Source: the human T2T-CHM13v2.0 reference genome, Homo sapiens. Taken from it: DNA of 64,000 nucleotides. The translations under genes and the position numbers were made by a program. The notes below the pieces were generated by a model. The model worked only from the letters and a program-made list of their open reading frames with translations. It made no database searches and was not told the origin of the DNA. Below, piece by piece: positions 25,623 through 40,790 of the stretch (its first letter is position 1; each line of letters starts with the position of its first letter). The stretch is from assembly GCF_009914755.1 (NCBI RefSeq), contig NC_060927.1. The stretch is one strand, 5' to 3'.

Positions 25623-26829
25623 TTTACCAGAATATAATGACTTCCCCTGGTGTACTCCAAGATAATGTCTGAATGAAGACCCTTGGAGCCTTAGCCCAAA
25701 GGAGGGTGTAAGGGCAGTTTTGGGCTCTGATACAGGCCAGAGAGACAGGTGTTTGGTAAGAGGGGGCCTTCCCATTGCACCTCCTCCTCCAATCCCAAAG
25801 GCAGTCACCTCCTCTTCTTTCCCAGAAGGCCAGCCTTTGCTGAGGCATCTGAGGCTAGTCTGATGCCCAAGTCCCTGCCCACTCTCATATTCCTCAGCTG
25901 CCATGGGTTTATCTTCCTGGCAGCCTCAGCAGCCAGCTTTTTTCACAGGGCACTCTCCCTCGTGGGTGGGAGGTACTCACACACCTATGTCCACCAGCAT
26001 TCCTGTAGTCTTTCCAAGTCTCCTCTTCCCAGCTTTCCATCCTCACCCCTTCTTCAGGAGAGGGGTACTGTACCCTTTGTTTCTTAATTTCATACTTAGC
26101 AAGGATGCTTCATTTATGGTTCTAGAAGAAATGAGCTTACCTATATTAGATAGTCAAAAGCTATAAAGTGATATGAGAAAGGACAATGATTTATACACTT
26201 CCTGATAGTAAAATTACTTGGATTGCACGAGTACTGTGTGATACCACAAGTGGCTTGTGGATGGTCATGGTCTAGGGCAGCTTAAAATTAAAATAAGCCA
26301 TTGTCAAGCAGGAAGAATTCTTAGAAATGTTTTTGTCACTTGGCATTTGATATGTCACAGGTGTTTAAGCAAGTTCTAGTCCAAGCCTGATGTAGAGAGA
26401 CAACATTTTACCAACCTATTAGGAGCCAAACTTGCTGGTTCTGTCCCAATTTTACCAACATCCTAGCACAATCACAGATCTGCCTAAACCATCCTTTCGT
26501 GATGACAAATGGGGTGGAGGAGGGAACATCCTTAGGGGGGTCTAGATATATTACCTTGCCTTAGAATGAAAGTTCCTCCCCATTCCTAGGTGAGAGTATG
26601 TTTCAACATTTGAAATTTCCAACAGGTCATGTTAAAAGGCCTTGGTGTCTACAGGCCAAATATCTACAGTCCGATATGTGGTAGAAGGAGTATGGCAGAT
26701 GTCTAATCCATCCTCATATACTCAGAACCTAGTCCCGGCCCTGGCACACACCACAGTAGATACTCAATAAATATTGTAGGAATGGTATGCCACTTGCAAG
26801 AACAATGGCACAATGGCAAGACCACTTGG

Positions 26830-27651
<822 letters not shown>

Positions 27652-29030
27652 TAATGGTCTATTTCTAAAAAAGTCTCCTCTCCTCTCCCCCTAGGCTATC
27701 TTGTGCACTCTCAAGTTTTAGAGCCATTGACTTAATAAATATGAAGTTGCAAAATTAACCTGATTGAGCCTAGTTAATTTTTCTTAGGCTCCATCCAGGG
27801 AACTTCCAAATGAATACTGCACTCACACCCATCTCCCAGTGAGCAGGTGAGAGGATGAGGGTGACCTCCTGGGCAGGGATGAGGGCAACTTGCTGAAGAA
27901 AGGGGCAGCGGGAGCCACTTGCAGCCAACACTCAGCAGCTTTCACATGGGAGCTCCTCCCACCTCCTGGAGCTAATTTGAACCCCATTTTACAGAGCCAG
28001 ACAAAGTTGTTTTGTGCTGGTGCCCTTCGTACTCAATATCCTGATCTCCTCAGAATGGAGGGACCCCTTCCTCTTTGGGATCACACTCCCCACTCAGGAC
28101 AGTGCTGGGATAAGAGCTGTCACCCCTCAAGAAGGCTCCTTCTTCAATCCTGAGAACTGCCCTGGGACTTCTCAGCATCTGGGTTTCTGTTAAGGAAGAG
28201 TTCTAGCAGCCACTGCAGCCACATGAAAGGAGATTCTCCAAGGGGCATCTGGGGTTTCCAACACATAATACACACTGGAGAGGCCCACTGCCTCTGCCCA
28301 ATATCAGAAAAGGCCTCAGAATTCGGAGGCACGAGCCTTGAGCTCTAGTCTTGGCTTGCTTGTTAACCTCCTGGGTGAGACCTTGGTTGCTTGAGTTGCT
28401 GTGCCTGTTTCTTCTATGGTTGAAGGCCTAGTGATAGCATTTTCATTTTGTGTAACATTTCTGATTGTTTGGCTCTGCCTTTTTGAAACTGCATTTCTTG
28501 GCTTAGCTGAAAATAACTCCATGGCCTATTAATGGTGCCTACCATGGTTAAGAAAGGAGGTTCATGTCTAATGATTATATTCTTGGCTGGATGGTCTTGA
28601 AAGTCTCTTCCAGCCAAGGCGTATGGAGAACTCTTCATGGAAATTTCCCTGACTTTGCCAAAACTCATTCTTCTTCCCTTTCTTTCAGTTTATGAAGATT
28701 TTTCTCCTCCATTCAGGCCCATTGGTAGGTACAAAATACTGCCTAATGGTAGTTCTGTTTTTATTTTGATGTGTAGGTGTTATTGGACTTTTCTATTTTT
28801 ATGTAATTTTAAAATTTAACCACTTGACTTCTTAAGTAGGTCATAAGTTCTTCGAGGGCAAGTTCTCTGGCCACCCTGCATCACCTGGAGTGGCTTCCTG
28901 CACAGACTGTAGTTAATACATGCCAGTTTAAGAGGATGAGGAAAGGCCTCTGGTTTTAGTTTTATCTGTCTATGGGTAATTGTGAAGTTCTTGGCACTCA
29001 ATTGGTTCTTGTCTGCAAACATTTTTATCA

Positions 29031-29395
29031 TTGTTATTAATTATATTATTATTAATATTTAATTAATATCATTATAACTATATTATTAATATTTAATATA
29101 TTATTAATATCTAATTATTAATTGTATTATTAATAATAATTAATAATAATAGGTAGGGGAATGTGAAGGGAATGTGCAGGGAATGCAAAGAATGCCAGCA
29201 ATGTAACCCCCAGAGCACTGGGCCATGTGGACTGAACAGGCTTCAGAGATAGCCAAACAAGCACCATTATCTGTAAGTTAGGCCTTACCTTCCAAGCTGT
29301 GATGGAGGGAACCATGTAATTAATAATTATTATTAATAATAAGTAATATTAATAATAATTATTATTAATAATTAATAATAATAATTATTAATAAA
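29031..29395. repeat. AT-only (TAA/TTA) tracts flanking an inverted copy (29153-29316) of 30278-30430
   Basis: Directly visible reverse-complement match of about 155 bp, roughly 90% identical. Confidence 0.93.
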
Positions 29396-29806
29396 CACTT
29401 TTAATGGATGCTCTTGGTACTCTGCCAAGATCCCCCTGTCTACTCATATAAGGGCCTTTTCAGCACATCTTGTACCATAGTCTTTCTTGATTCTTGAGAT
29501 GACCCAGGAAGTTCAATATTTCTGCATCTTCCAACTTGAACTTCCCAGGAAGCCTTCTCTATGTAGAACTAGCTCCCAAATTGTTGGTCATAACTTAGAT
29601 TACCATAGTTATTTCCCCAAATACGGTCACGGTTGTACATTTTCTGAGTGACAGATTAGGACTCATGGCAAACCTGGGGCAGAGTATTTTAAATTAAGAC
29701 TTCAGAGAAATCCAAGGTGTACGGTCATGATGAGATCTGCTCCAGGGCGTGGATAAGCCAATGATCAGGCAGGTTCCACTGGGGGTTCCCTAAAGAAGTG
29801 ATGAGT

Positions 29807-30103
<297 letters not shown>

Positions 30104-30896
30104 AAGAAGTGATGGGTCTCTAGCTGTGGTCAGGCACCTGGGATTAATTTCTGGGTGAGGAGGGGTTTTCTGAGTCCCTCAGGAAGCTTTCCTAGCTGGT
30201 TTTGTCTACAGTCACACCCCTCTGTGCTTGCCCCATCACACTGCTGACAAAGCCCTTGATTCTGAGTGATGGCACTCCACGGTTCCCTCCATCACAGGTT
30301 GGAAGATAAGGCCTGACTTATAGATAATGGCACTTGTTTTGCTCTCTCTGAAGCCTGTTCAGTCCACATGGCCCAGTGCTCTGGGGGTTACATTGCTGGC
30401 AGTCCTTGCATTCCCTGCACATTCCCCTACAGTGGACTCAGGAGTAAGAATGGCACATGGAATGCAGGCAGACACTTGGTCCTATTCTCCCGCCTGAGTT
30501 TGCAGCAGCTGCTCTCTAATTAAGCATCCTGGTTCAGACGAGGCCACTGACCCTCAGTTCACCTAAGGAAATCCACTTCTTGAGGAATGCTGGGGATTTC
30601 ACACAAGACCTCATGTGGCTTCCCAGGGGCATTTCACGTTTTAGAAACTTTTTATGATCACACACCGGTAGCATTGAGTATTGAAGGCAGCTATACCTGC
30701 TGAACCCCAAAGCAGGGAGGGAAAATGACTGTTTACCCATCATTTGCACTGTGGCAGGCTTCAGGAAATGCTTTCTTGTCCAAGGGTGGGTCACTGGACT
30801 CCCCTTGGGGGGTTGTCATGACTTCCCCTATCACAACTTACTTCTTCAGACTCAGTCCCCAGGGGCCCTTCCTCCCCAGTCTGAGATGCCCTACAA

Positions 30897-31117
30897 CAAG
30901 GGTCAGCAAACTATGGTCCCTGAGCCAAATGTGACCCGCAGTCTGTTTTTGTGGATAAAGTTTTACTAGAACACAGCCATGCCCATTTGAGTATTATCTA
31001 TGGCTACTTTCAAGCTGGAATAGCAGAGGTGAATAGTTGCAACAGATACTGTATGGCCTGCCAAACCTAAAATATTTGTTATTTGGCTCTTTACAAGACA
31101 AAGTTTGTTGACCTCTG
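30897..31117 (+). mobile_element. MER58A
   Basis: caagggtcagcaaactatgg...aagtttgttgacctctg; 8-bp TSD ccctacaa/ccctatat. Confidence 0.9.
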
Positions 31118-31291
31118 CCCTATATTATCTAAGCAGACTCAGTCCCAGAGCCTGCGCTAGGACTTGGATAGAAAGAGAATTGATTCAGGGAGAGACTAGG
31201 CCAGAGCTTTCTTTCCTACTAGAGGTGTATGATGTTTCTCCTGGGAAATATCATACATATATGGTGGAGGGAAATGTGAGACATAATGTAG

Positions 31292-31570
31292 GGTTCCCAA
31301 GTCATGCTCTCTTGAACCCTACTTCTGTATGAGGTAACCAGTAAAGAGTTCAGAAGTCAAAGATGTTTGTGAAACATATGTCTCAAACTTTTCTTGAAGA
31401 TTCACAACATATATCAGTATATTAAAGACTCTGAGAAGTCTCGTGGGTAACAAACCTATTAACTTTGTTTTACAAAGTTCTTCTAATGCAAATTGATCCC
31501 AAAGTTTTATTTTTTACATATGCATGCCAATCATAGCCCACAAAATCTAGAAATAAATTTGAGAAACAAT
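31292..31570 (-). mobile_element. MER103C-like hAT element
   Basis: atattaaagactctgagaagtc...aaacctattaactttgttt. Confidence 0.65.
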
Positions 31571-32599
31571 AGTCTAAGATAAAAAGTTAATTTCGTGGAT
31601 TTTAGAAATTACTTATTTGTTAATTCCAGAGCACTCTCACTTAGTTCTAGAAGAGGGTGGCAAGACCACTGATGCAGCCTTTCCCTACACAAAGCCACCT
31701 TTGTGAGTGTTGCAGAACCTGGGGTGACAAGAGTTCTCTTTCCTTTCTCTTAATGACTCCTGGGCCAGCAAGTTAGGGAGAAACCGAAACATCAGCATTA
31801 TGGGTGTTAAGGTTGGAGAGCAGAGAGAAAAGGCCTGCATCTGAGGTCATTTGGGGCCTTTCTGCTCCTCATCCTCTCTGAACTGTGCTGACATTGGCAC
31901 AAGCCATGGGAGAGAGGCCTGCCTTGATAGGATCACCTTGTAGTCTTAGGCATGGAGAAGGACAGGCATCTTGAGGTCAGGCAGTCTCACTTGACAGAGT
32001 CCCGGAGACTAGCTTGACTTGTGCACACGCCCAGCTCCTTCCTGCCAGTCTCTCCTATCTCACACACTGTCATGAGTGACTGGGAAATGGAGGAAAGGAT
32101 GTATGCTCCTAACTGGTACTTCTAGGGGGAGTTTGGGACTGAAGATTCCTATTGTGGGCCAAGGCTTGTTAACACAGAGAAAGGTAGGGAATAGTGTCCC
32201 CTACACTGAGAGCTAATGGATACAGAGAGCCTCTCAAGAAGCTTTCTGTTTAATGGGTGGGAAGGCTCATAAGCCATCGCAATTCACTGTCTTGGCTGCC
32301 AGGTCCTGCTGTGTGATGTGGCCCTGGAGGCCTTTAAAGATCCTGAGTCGGTGAGGAAAGAGCCAGGCACATCACAAGACAGACTGGGTGAGGTTGGAAA
32401 GTGATGGGACCCTTCTGAGACATCTGAACAGGGGCCAGAGAAGGCATTTTGGTGCAGTCCACCACTGTGGGTTCAGGCCTTGTCTCTCAGGAGATTAGAT
32501 AGATGTACAGGTGGATGCAATGGAAGACACAGGCAGATCTGTGAAGCAGAATTAAGCCCATCATGGAAATGAGCAGAATACCTAACAAGTAATTTAAAA

Positions 32600-33215
32600 A
32601 ATCTGAATGAAGCAGCAGTCAGAACCTATTTTATCTGAATCAGAATAATAAGACTTTAAAAAAGGATAATAGTCAAATGATGGAAAGATCATAGGAGGTT
32701 GGCCTAGCCCACATTGCTGATGGGAATGAACATTGCTGCGACATTTCTGTATGCCACAAGAGCCTTCAAAATGCTGCTACCCTTTGACAAGATGGTTTCA
32801 TTTCTAGAAATCTAAGTGAATGATCAGAGATGGGGAAGAAAAAAGCTTTATGAAGAAAGATGTTTGTGAAATACAATTTATAATATCAAAATATTGGAAG
32901 ACTTCTAAATGTTCAACAATAGGGGAAGGATTAAATGGATTGGCACTTGGATACAATGGGATATTTTACAGACTAAAAATCATGCTCATAAACATATTTT
33001 TAATGACCTTAAATTTTTTGATATAGCATTAAATAAAAAAGAAAAATGCAAACTGTAGAAAATTATCTTAACCATTTATATATATATAACATGATAGATA
33101 ACAAAATGTGAAAAATATTTATGAATGATGGAATTATGAATAATTTATGTTGTGTTCTTTTATGTATTTTCTAAATTTTCCACAATGATCATGTAGTATG
33201 TTTATAACCAGAATA
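32600..33215 (+). mobile_element. L1ME-like 3' fragment
   Basis: cacattgctgatgggaatg, ctaaatgttcaacaataggggaagg, tttctaaattttccacaatgatcatgta. Confidence 0.7.
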
Positions 33216-33245
33216 TTTGAGCAAATTCTTTAGAAGTTCAGAGAT

Positions 33246-33541
<296 letters not shown>

Positions 33542-34279
33542 TCAGAGATAGGAGAAAACACTGTCCAGAAATAATAATAAAATGCTTCTTGGAAGAGCTC
33601 AGAGTTGAGAAAGACCCTATTTGAAACGGCCAGTGCTGCTGCATGAGGTAGACCTGTTAAGTCTTACTATTTCTACTTGACAGCTGGGGAGCCTGACATT
33701 TCTAGGGAAATTCCTTGCTCAAGGTTATGCAGCCGGAGTTAGTAGTCAGGAGGAGAACTCACCTTCCGATTCCAGGCACGTGGGCTTTCCATTAGGCCCA
33801 GCTGTCTGGTGACCAAAGGAGCTCGTGGGCATCTGCTCGTTATCTCAGTCCTCGTCCTCTGATTTTTTCTCTGGTGTGACTCGGCAGAGGCAGGCATGGG
33901 ATGCCTGCCCCCGGCCAGGCTGCCTTGCTCCCATCTGCTTGCTATGTCTCAGCAGCAAATGCTCGAAATCACTGGGGCTGCTGCTTGGAGCTGGCAGCGC
34001 TTGGGAGCCTAATACTCCCAAGTCACTGAGACTAAATCCCCACCAATGCCTTGAGCATGGACACAAGTATTGTTTGCTCCCACTTGGCAGTGCCTCATAC
34101 TGGGAGCAACTCTGCAGGTCATGAAGCGCCTTCCAAACGCTGCTACTAGTTTGAGCAACATTTGATCAGAGTGTGCATTCTGGGCTCTTTGCAGGTTTCC
34201 TGGAGGGGATGAGGGGGGATGCAGCATCAGGGCCTGTTGCCAGGAAGCTGAATGTGTACCAAAACAGGCCACAGAAAAA

Positions 34280-34490
34280 TAGTGGGTTGCTTGGTGCGAA
34301 GAATAGGAGCTTTGATGTCAGACAGATTTGAAATTGAATCCTGCTACAGCAACCTCCCAGCCGAGGTTACTTAGTCAAGTCACTGGATTTTTCTGAGCCT
34401 TCATTTTCCTCATCTCTCATATGGGCATGATGACACCAACCTCACAGGGACAGGTAAACAATAAGATGAAGATGGTCCATAAATCTACTA
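34280..34490 (+). mobile_element. MIR SINE
   Basis: gtcagacagatttg...tctgagccttcattttcctcatct. Confidence 0.7.
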
Positions 34491-35199
34491 CTATGACCAA
34501 TAAAACGATGACTTTATTTTAAAAAACTTCACTACTTATCATTAAATATAATTAGGTTATATTGTATTTAATCCTAAATGTGTTCTAACTGAGTGGTGCA
34601 ATAGGGGACATGAAGGAGAACTTTGGAACAACTAGAGCTGTTTGTCTGAGAGACTACAAGAAGGATGAGCACATTATAGTGGCTTTTGGGAGGATGGCGT
34701 TCCTAAGTGGAAGGCAATGTAAGTTTAAAGCAGACTGTTGTAGACTCCAAAACTTTGCCAACATTGAAAGAACTGCAAAGAAGTCAAAGTTTGGCTTGGA
34801 TTGTGTCCTTGCTGTAAGAAGGAGGCAAACAACCTCACCCAGGCTATGGGCCACTCTCACTCCCATCTTTGTGCCTCTGCTCACTTCATTCCCTAGCCTG
34901 GAATGGCTTTTTGGTGTCTCTGAGTCCCATTGTCCCTCCAGATATGCTCAAATCTTCCCTTTCCACTACCCCTCCTGCCCCTCCATCCAGGAATCACCAA
35001 GTTGCTGAACACTGTTTCCTCCTCTTCTTTCACTTTCACCTGTACCTCTGCCCGAGAGGCTGTGCAGAGTAGTGAGGGGACAGAGGTACAGACAGAACCA
35101 GCCAGTCTCTGCCACATAGCAGTTATGTGGCCAAGGATAAGTTATGCAACTGCTCTGAGCATCAGTTTCATTGTATGAAAATATGAAACATAATTGTAG

Positions 35200-35620
35200 T
35201 TATTAACTTTTGAGCATGTATGTGCCAGGAATTATGCAGAGAGCTATAAAGACATTATTTCCCTTAGTTTCTATGTGTATGAGGTAGATATTAGTGTGCT
35301 GATAAATGTTTAACAACTAGCTCTCTAAAAAAAAGCAAGCCTTGATTTGTGGTTTGCCAATTTCTGAGATGTAAACATTTTCAACATGGCTAATTTCAAC
35401 CCACCACTTGACATCGCTAAACACAGAGTTGGAAAGACAAGTGCACAATCAACTCCCACAAGCACAAGATGGGTATCTGGTGTACCTCTGGCAGGAGGAA
35501 AGTGATATCATCCTTATTCTATGGGTGAAGAATCTGAGCCTTGGAGGTTTAAATGGCTGCCTATGCTCACCCAGCTAAAGATGGAGCAGCACTCCGACTC
35601 AGCCTGTCTACCCCCACTGC
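35200..35620 (-). mobile_element. MIR interrupted by MER63A
   Basis: ttgagcatgtatgtgccagg...tatgaggtag left; atgggtgaagaatctgagccttggaggtttaaatggctgcc right. Confidence 0.6.
35290..35490 (-). mobile_element. MER63A hAT-Blackjack
   Basis: gtgtgctgataaatgtttaacaac...catggctaatttcaa...gagttggaaaga. Confidence 0.8.
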
Positions 35621-36649
35621 CTGTGTCCTTCCTGCTTCACTCGCCTGTGGGACTGTTACAAAGGTCATGCATAACCAGGGTACTTTTGATGTGGCGTGAT
35701 GCCTGGCATACAGTGAGTTCTCAAAAACAATGACTGGTGCTGAAATTATTGCCAGTGATAATGTCCCCAGCTGGCTTTCCAGGCCCTCATCCTCTCAGGC
35801 AGGGCATAAGCAATGCTGGAAAAACTGGGATGGAGGACTCCAAGGTTGCGCCTTCCATCTCTGTCTCCTTCCTGTGTGCACTCCAGATTTTAACCTACTT
35901 CCCTGGTGAGAAATTTGAAAAATGCCTTCTCTGTTTAATAGTGACCTCTGCAACTGCCAGACGGCAGTTTGTTATTTTACACTATTTAGTACAAAGTTTC
36001 AGAAATAGAATCAGATGGTCCATGTCCAAAAGACAAGGAATGGTCAGTAATCCTGAGCTGGCCACTGTGGGGGGCAGGGAGTGAAGAACAGAGCTCACGC
36101 TTCCTTGGTGGTTGTCTGCTAGTGACAAACATTTCCAGCAAATATGTACCATCATCCCTTGGTCATTTAAAGGAAACCTCTCCCTCAACACAAGTACATG
36201 TGCACACACACACACACACTTAAACCCCAACTCCCAAACACTACAGTATTCAGAGTGCTGACTGTGGTATAAAGAAGAGGATTATGGATATAGAGTGGGT
36301 TCCTCTGGGTGTCACCAAGGGAAATATTGAGAAAACCATATGCTTCTTCTTATGGAGGCATAGTTGAAGGGACACAGCTTCCTTTAGGTTGCTGGGCTGG
36401 AGGTGGGATTCTCCTCCATGGGCAGGGCCAGCACTTCCTCTGACATCTGCCCAGTGGGATCAGCTTCATCATGGAGATCAATCTTAGGGCAAATGGTCTG
36501 AGTCAGGGAGCCCAAGCCATGATGACCACAACAAAAACAAACGCTCCTCACACTTACCCATGAATCATCTACTTGAATCCTTCCAGCCACGTTATGACAG
36601 AGTGGCTAAGTTATATCCCTACTTCATGGTTGAGCAGACTAAGGCTCAA

Positions 36650-36865
36650 GGCCAGGCAATGTGCTAAGAGTTTCACAAGCACAATATGTCATTTGATTCA
36701 CGCAGCCCCTCCATGCAGTTGGTATTATTGGTTTTTCATTTACTAGAAAGGGGGGCTCAGAGAGGTTAAATAAACTATTCAGAGTCACAGAACTAATAGT
36801 GGTGGAGTGAATGAGAACTTAGATACCCTTGACTTTGGAGTCTGTGCTCATAACGACTACCCCAT
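36650..36865 (-). mobile_element. MIR SINE
   Basis: ggctcagagaggttaaataa...gtcacagaactaatagtgg. Confidence 0.75.
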
Positions 36866-37366
36866 AGGCCTCCCTGGAAAACCTGAGATTATTGACCTTG
36901 TCCAAGTCCGGCCTGCCATCAGGGAACTGCTCTGGTGCTGCTGCCCAGCATTCAGCCTATGGACATTGAGAGAAATGTGTTATTTCAATGTTAAAAGCAA
37001 TGAGGCTTCTCATTGCTCACATGTGCTGCACAGGTTCCTTCTTTCTCTCTTCCAAAGCATGCCAGGTGGGCAAGAACCATCCCTTATTGAATGGGAGTAT
37101 TGTTCCAGCTGGCTAGTGGAAGGCCATGCATTTCTTTGGCTTCTGGACCCCTTCACTCAGTCTACCATGATTTACTACACCTACAACAATAAACTTTCTG
37201 AAACTGTGGCCCCTGTTTTTAACTGGCAGGTGCCCATGACTTTGGGGAGCTAGAAAAGTGGGTGATGCTTTCCCAGTGAGGGGGTGGTCCCTCTGTCCTC
37301 TTTGCTACTGCCCTGGTTCAAACCGTTATTATCTCTGGCCTGATTCAGGCCCTTGTATCTCTCATC

Positions 37367-37545
37367 CAGGAATGGCTGCGTGATTTGCAGGGCCCATTGC
37401 AAAATGAAAATGTAGGGCCCCTTGCTCAACAGTTATTAAGAATTTCAAGACAGTGACAGGACAGCATTAAACCAAGGGGAGGCCCTTCTGTGTGTGGGGC
37501 TTTGTGTGACTGCACAAGTCATATTACGCCCATGAGCCAGCCCTG
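37367..37545 (-). mobile_element. MER45A
   Basis: gcaaaatgaaaatgtagggcccc...aagaatttcaagac...gccagccctg; 8-bp TSD ctctcatc/atctcacc. Confidence 0.88.
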
Positions 37546-37738
37546 ATCTCACCTGGAGTATGGCATTTGCTTCCTAAGTTGTCTCCCCTGCTCCTCCTCT
37601 CATGCCCCTTTGCAAGCTATTATCCACACTGCAGCCATGGTGACTTTCCTTGATTGTAATTGTGTATAAATTATAGGATTCATTACACCTAAGTCCTGGG
37701 TGAACATAGCAGGTGCTCTAGAACAGTTCCCACTAGAC

Positions 37739-37967
37739 CCGGGTTTCTCGACCTCAGCACTATGGATGTGTTTGACCAGACTCTTCCTTGTCGTGGGAAC
37801 TGTCCTGTGCATTTTAGGATATTTGGCAGCATCTTTGCTTTCTACCTTCCACAGGCCAGTAGCAGCCTCTACCTCTCAATCCTCCCTGCATCACAACAAT
37901 AAAAAATGTCTCTAGAGTTTGCTGAATGTCCCCTAGCAGCAAAAACTTTCCTATCTGAGAAGCACTG
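37739..37967 (-). mobile_element. MER20
   Basis: gggtttctcgacctcagcactat...tgtcctgtgcatt...aaaaatgtctctaga...tgagaagcactg. Confidence 0.88.
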
Positions 37968-38336
37968 CTCCAGGCCCAAAGGTGCTGAGCCTGGGGAAGA
38001 ACCCATGTGACAGGGGAGCCAATCACCACTTTGCTCTTGGAGTCAGACCATCTGTGCTGGGTTTGGCTCTATGGGGGATGTGAGCAGGGGGCATTGTTGT
38101 ACTTCCTGACATCTCTCTACTTCTTTCCTGAAACCTCAATACACCTAGGTAAAACATCAGGTCTGACCCACTAAAACATTTCTATAAATCTTTTTCAGCC
38201 TTCAGTTTATATAATTCTTTGGGTATTTCAAAGAATTTTAGAGTTTGCCCAGGGTAGACCAATCACTTGTGTTATAGACACACTTGTATTGCATGTGATA
38301 AAATTGAGTCCCAGCGAGGTGCAGTGATTTGTCCAG

Positions 38337-38840
38337 TGTGGTGGGCATTTCTTGCTTTTGTTGATCTAGTTCCCATTCCCCTCTTTCTTATAAGGTGGCA
38401 TTGCTGTGATTTTCCTCAAGGATACACTCCTCTGAACTCTGCACTCTGGTGGGCTGGAGCTGACCTGACCTTCCTGATTTGGGGGTTATCACATGACCTC
38501 AAACTGGCCAATCAGAATTACTCCTGGGATTCCTGAGGAAACTCTTGGGAACAAGGCCTCATTTTTCTTCTGGGTTTGCTGAGCTGATGGGATGGAAGCC
38601 TAGAGTCTTGGGTCCCATTTGTACAGGGAGGTCAGATGAGAGTGACAGTAGTATGGAGGTAGACAAAGCTGAGGGGTCTGGAGCCTGGGTCCTCCAAGTC
38701 TATTTGAGCTCCTGATCTGCTCGGGCCTGCAGGCAAACATACCACTAGACTTGGCAGTTTTGTGAGCCTATAAAGTCCTTTTTGTGTTAGCCAGTCTGAG
38801 TTGGGTTCTTGACACTTATATCCAAATGAATCTTGACACA
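38337..38840 (+). mobile_element. Old MaLR LTR (MLT1K/L-like)
   Basis: cacatgacctcaaactggccaatcagaa; end agccagtctgagttgggtt...tcttgacaca. Confidence 0.7.
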
Positions 38841-40140
38841 TCTCGGGTTGTGAGTGTACTGAAGTGTGAGTGTGTCTAGATCTCCCCAGCTCCAAGCTCA
38901 GGGCTTATTTATAGCAAGACGCTGCTTGCAAAAGCTTGTGCAAGAGCTTTGATACAGCCAATTTTGTGTGTGATGGCCCCAGGAACCAGCCCCCACCCCT
39001 GGCAAGGGTCACAATGAGACAGTGGTCTGGTGTCTGGTGGCACATACTTACCACACCGCTCTGAGGTTTCTTTACCACTCATTAATGCATTCACAGGCAA
39101 CATCTACCCAGAGACGCAGCAAGGAGTAGGCCTCATAAATCTTTTAAACTGACATGAAAGAAAAGCTTTGATTTTTCCAAAGGGTAGCTTCTCTGTTTCA
39201 AAAATATTTATCTTTTAAGCATCTTCAGGCCCAGAGTTCATCAAGTGAATTTTCCTTTTAGGCAATAAAGCGAGCTGTCAAAAATGGCCAGAATGGAGAT
39301 ATATTTCTCTTACATTTTGCTACCCCATGGCTCCAGCTTTTACAATGGGCTCCCTCCTTAGCAAGCGCAGACTCCTCAGCCTGGTGCTCTGGACTTTATG
39401 AAATCTTGCCTGGTCCTGGAGCAACTTCTATCCAGTGGGATAGACTGACAAGTAAATAGGAAATTATATTCTGGGGCCTAGGCCCGTGATATACGGATGC
39501 CGGGGAGCTGTGCAAGCCCAGAGGACGGGTGTTTAGTCCAGCTTGGGGGTCAAGAAAGGCTTGCTATTGGCAGAGGTGACATCTTACATTAGTCTTGGAG
39601 GATAAGCAAGGATTAGGGAGCTGGAGAAGGGGAGAGGACATTTCAGGCAAAATAAATAGTAGGGAAGCACACGCCAGTGTGAGGGCTAGTGGCACTTTGA
39701 GATGCTTGATGTGGTGGGTGCCCCATGTGTGGTCAGCTCACAGTTCATCTCATCAGAGGGGCCTTTCCTAACTGCCCATGTTAGGAGTATCTCCCACCAG
39801 CCCCAATCCTTTGGTACTCTATCATATCAGCCTATAATTTCCTTATGGCAGTTGTCAAATCTGCAATCATTTTGCTTTCTTGGACGGTTTATTTTTTAAT
39901 TTTGCCTCTTGTCCTTTCAGAGAAGGCAGTTTGTCTGTTTTGTTCACTGGTGTGTCCCCAGAACTAAGAGCAGTGCCTAGCATAAAGCAGGCCCTCAATA
40001 ATACTGTTGCATGAATGTGATGTGTGTGTGTTTGTGTGCATGAGTGTATAGGTGTGTGTGAGCCAGAGATGAGGCTGAAGCGATGGAGGGAATCCCATCA
40101 CAGAGTGCCTTGAAAGACATATGAATGAGTTCACGCTGTG

Positions 40141-40554
40141 TGATTTGGTTTGGATCTATGTTTCTGCTTGAATCTCATATTGAATTTCAATCCCCAATGT
40201 TGGAGGTGGGGCCTGGTGGGAGCTGATTGGATCACGGGGGTGGTTTTTTTATGAATGGTTTAACACCCTCTTGGTACTGTCCTCTCAATAGTGAGTGAGT
40301 TCTCATGAAATCTGATTGTTTAAAAGTGTGTAGCACTTCCCCTCTCACTGTCTTGCCCTTGCTCCCACTATGTGAGATGCTGCTCCCCTTTTGCCTTCCT
40401 CCATGATTGGAAGCTTCCTGAGGCCTCCCCAGATGCAGAAGCCACTATGCCTCCTGTACAGCCTGCAGAACCACAAGCCAATTAAACTTCTGTTCTTTGT
40501 AAATTTCCTTGTCTCAGGTTTTTCTTTATAGCAGTTCAAGAATAAACTAATACA
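40141..40554 (+). mobile_element. MSTA solo LTR
   Basis: tgatttggtttggatct...cctgtacagcctgcagaacc...actaataca; TSD ctgtg/ctgta. Confidence 0.93.
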
Positions 40555-40570
40555 CTGTAGTTTAAAGAAT

Positions 40571-40790
40571 ATGGACACAGGGAGGGGAACATCACACACC
40601 AGAACCTGTTGGGGGAGAGGGGGCAAGGGGAGGGAGAGCATTAGGACAAATACCTAATGCATGCAGGGCTTAAAACCTAGATGATGGGTTGATAGTTGCA
40701 GCAAACCACCATGGCACATGTATACCTGTGTAACAAGCCTGCATGTTCTGCACGTCTCCCAGAACTTGAAGTAAAATTTTAAAAAATAAT
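40571..40790 (+). mobile_element. L1PA7/8-like 3' UTR fragment
   Basis: ggacacagggaggggaacatcacac...ggcttaaaacctagatgatgggttg; approximate TSD aatatgg. Confidence 0.93.
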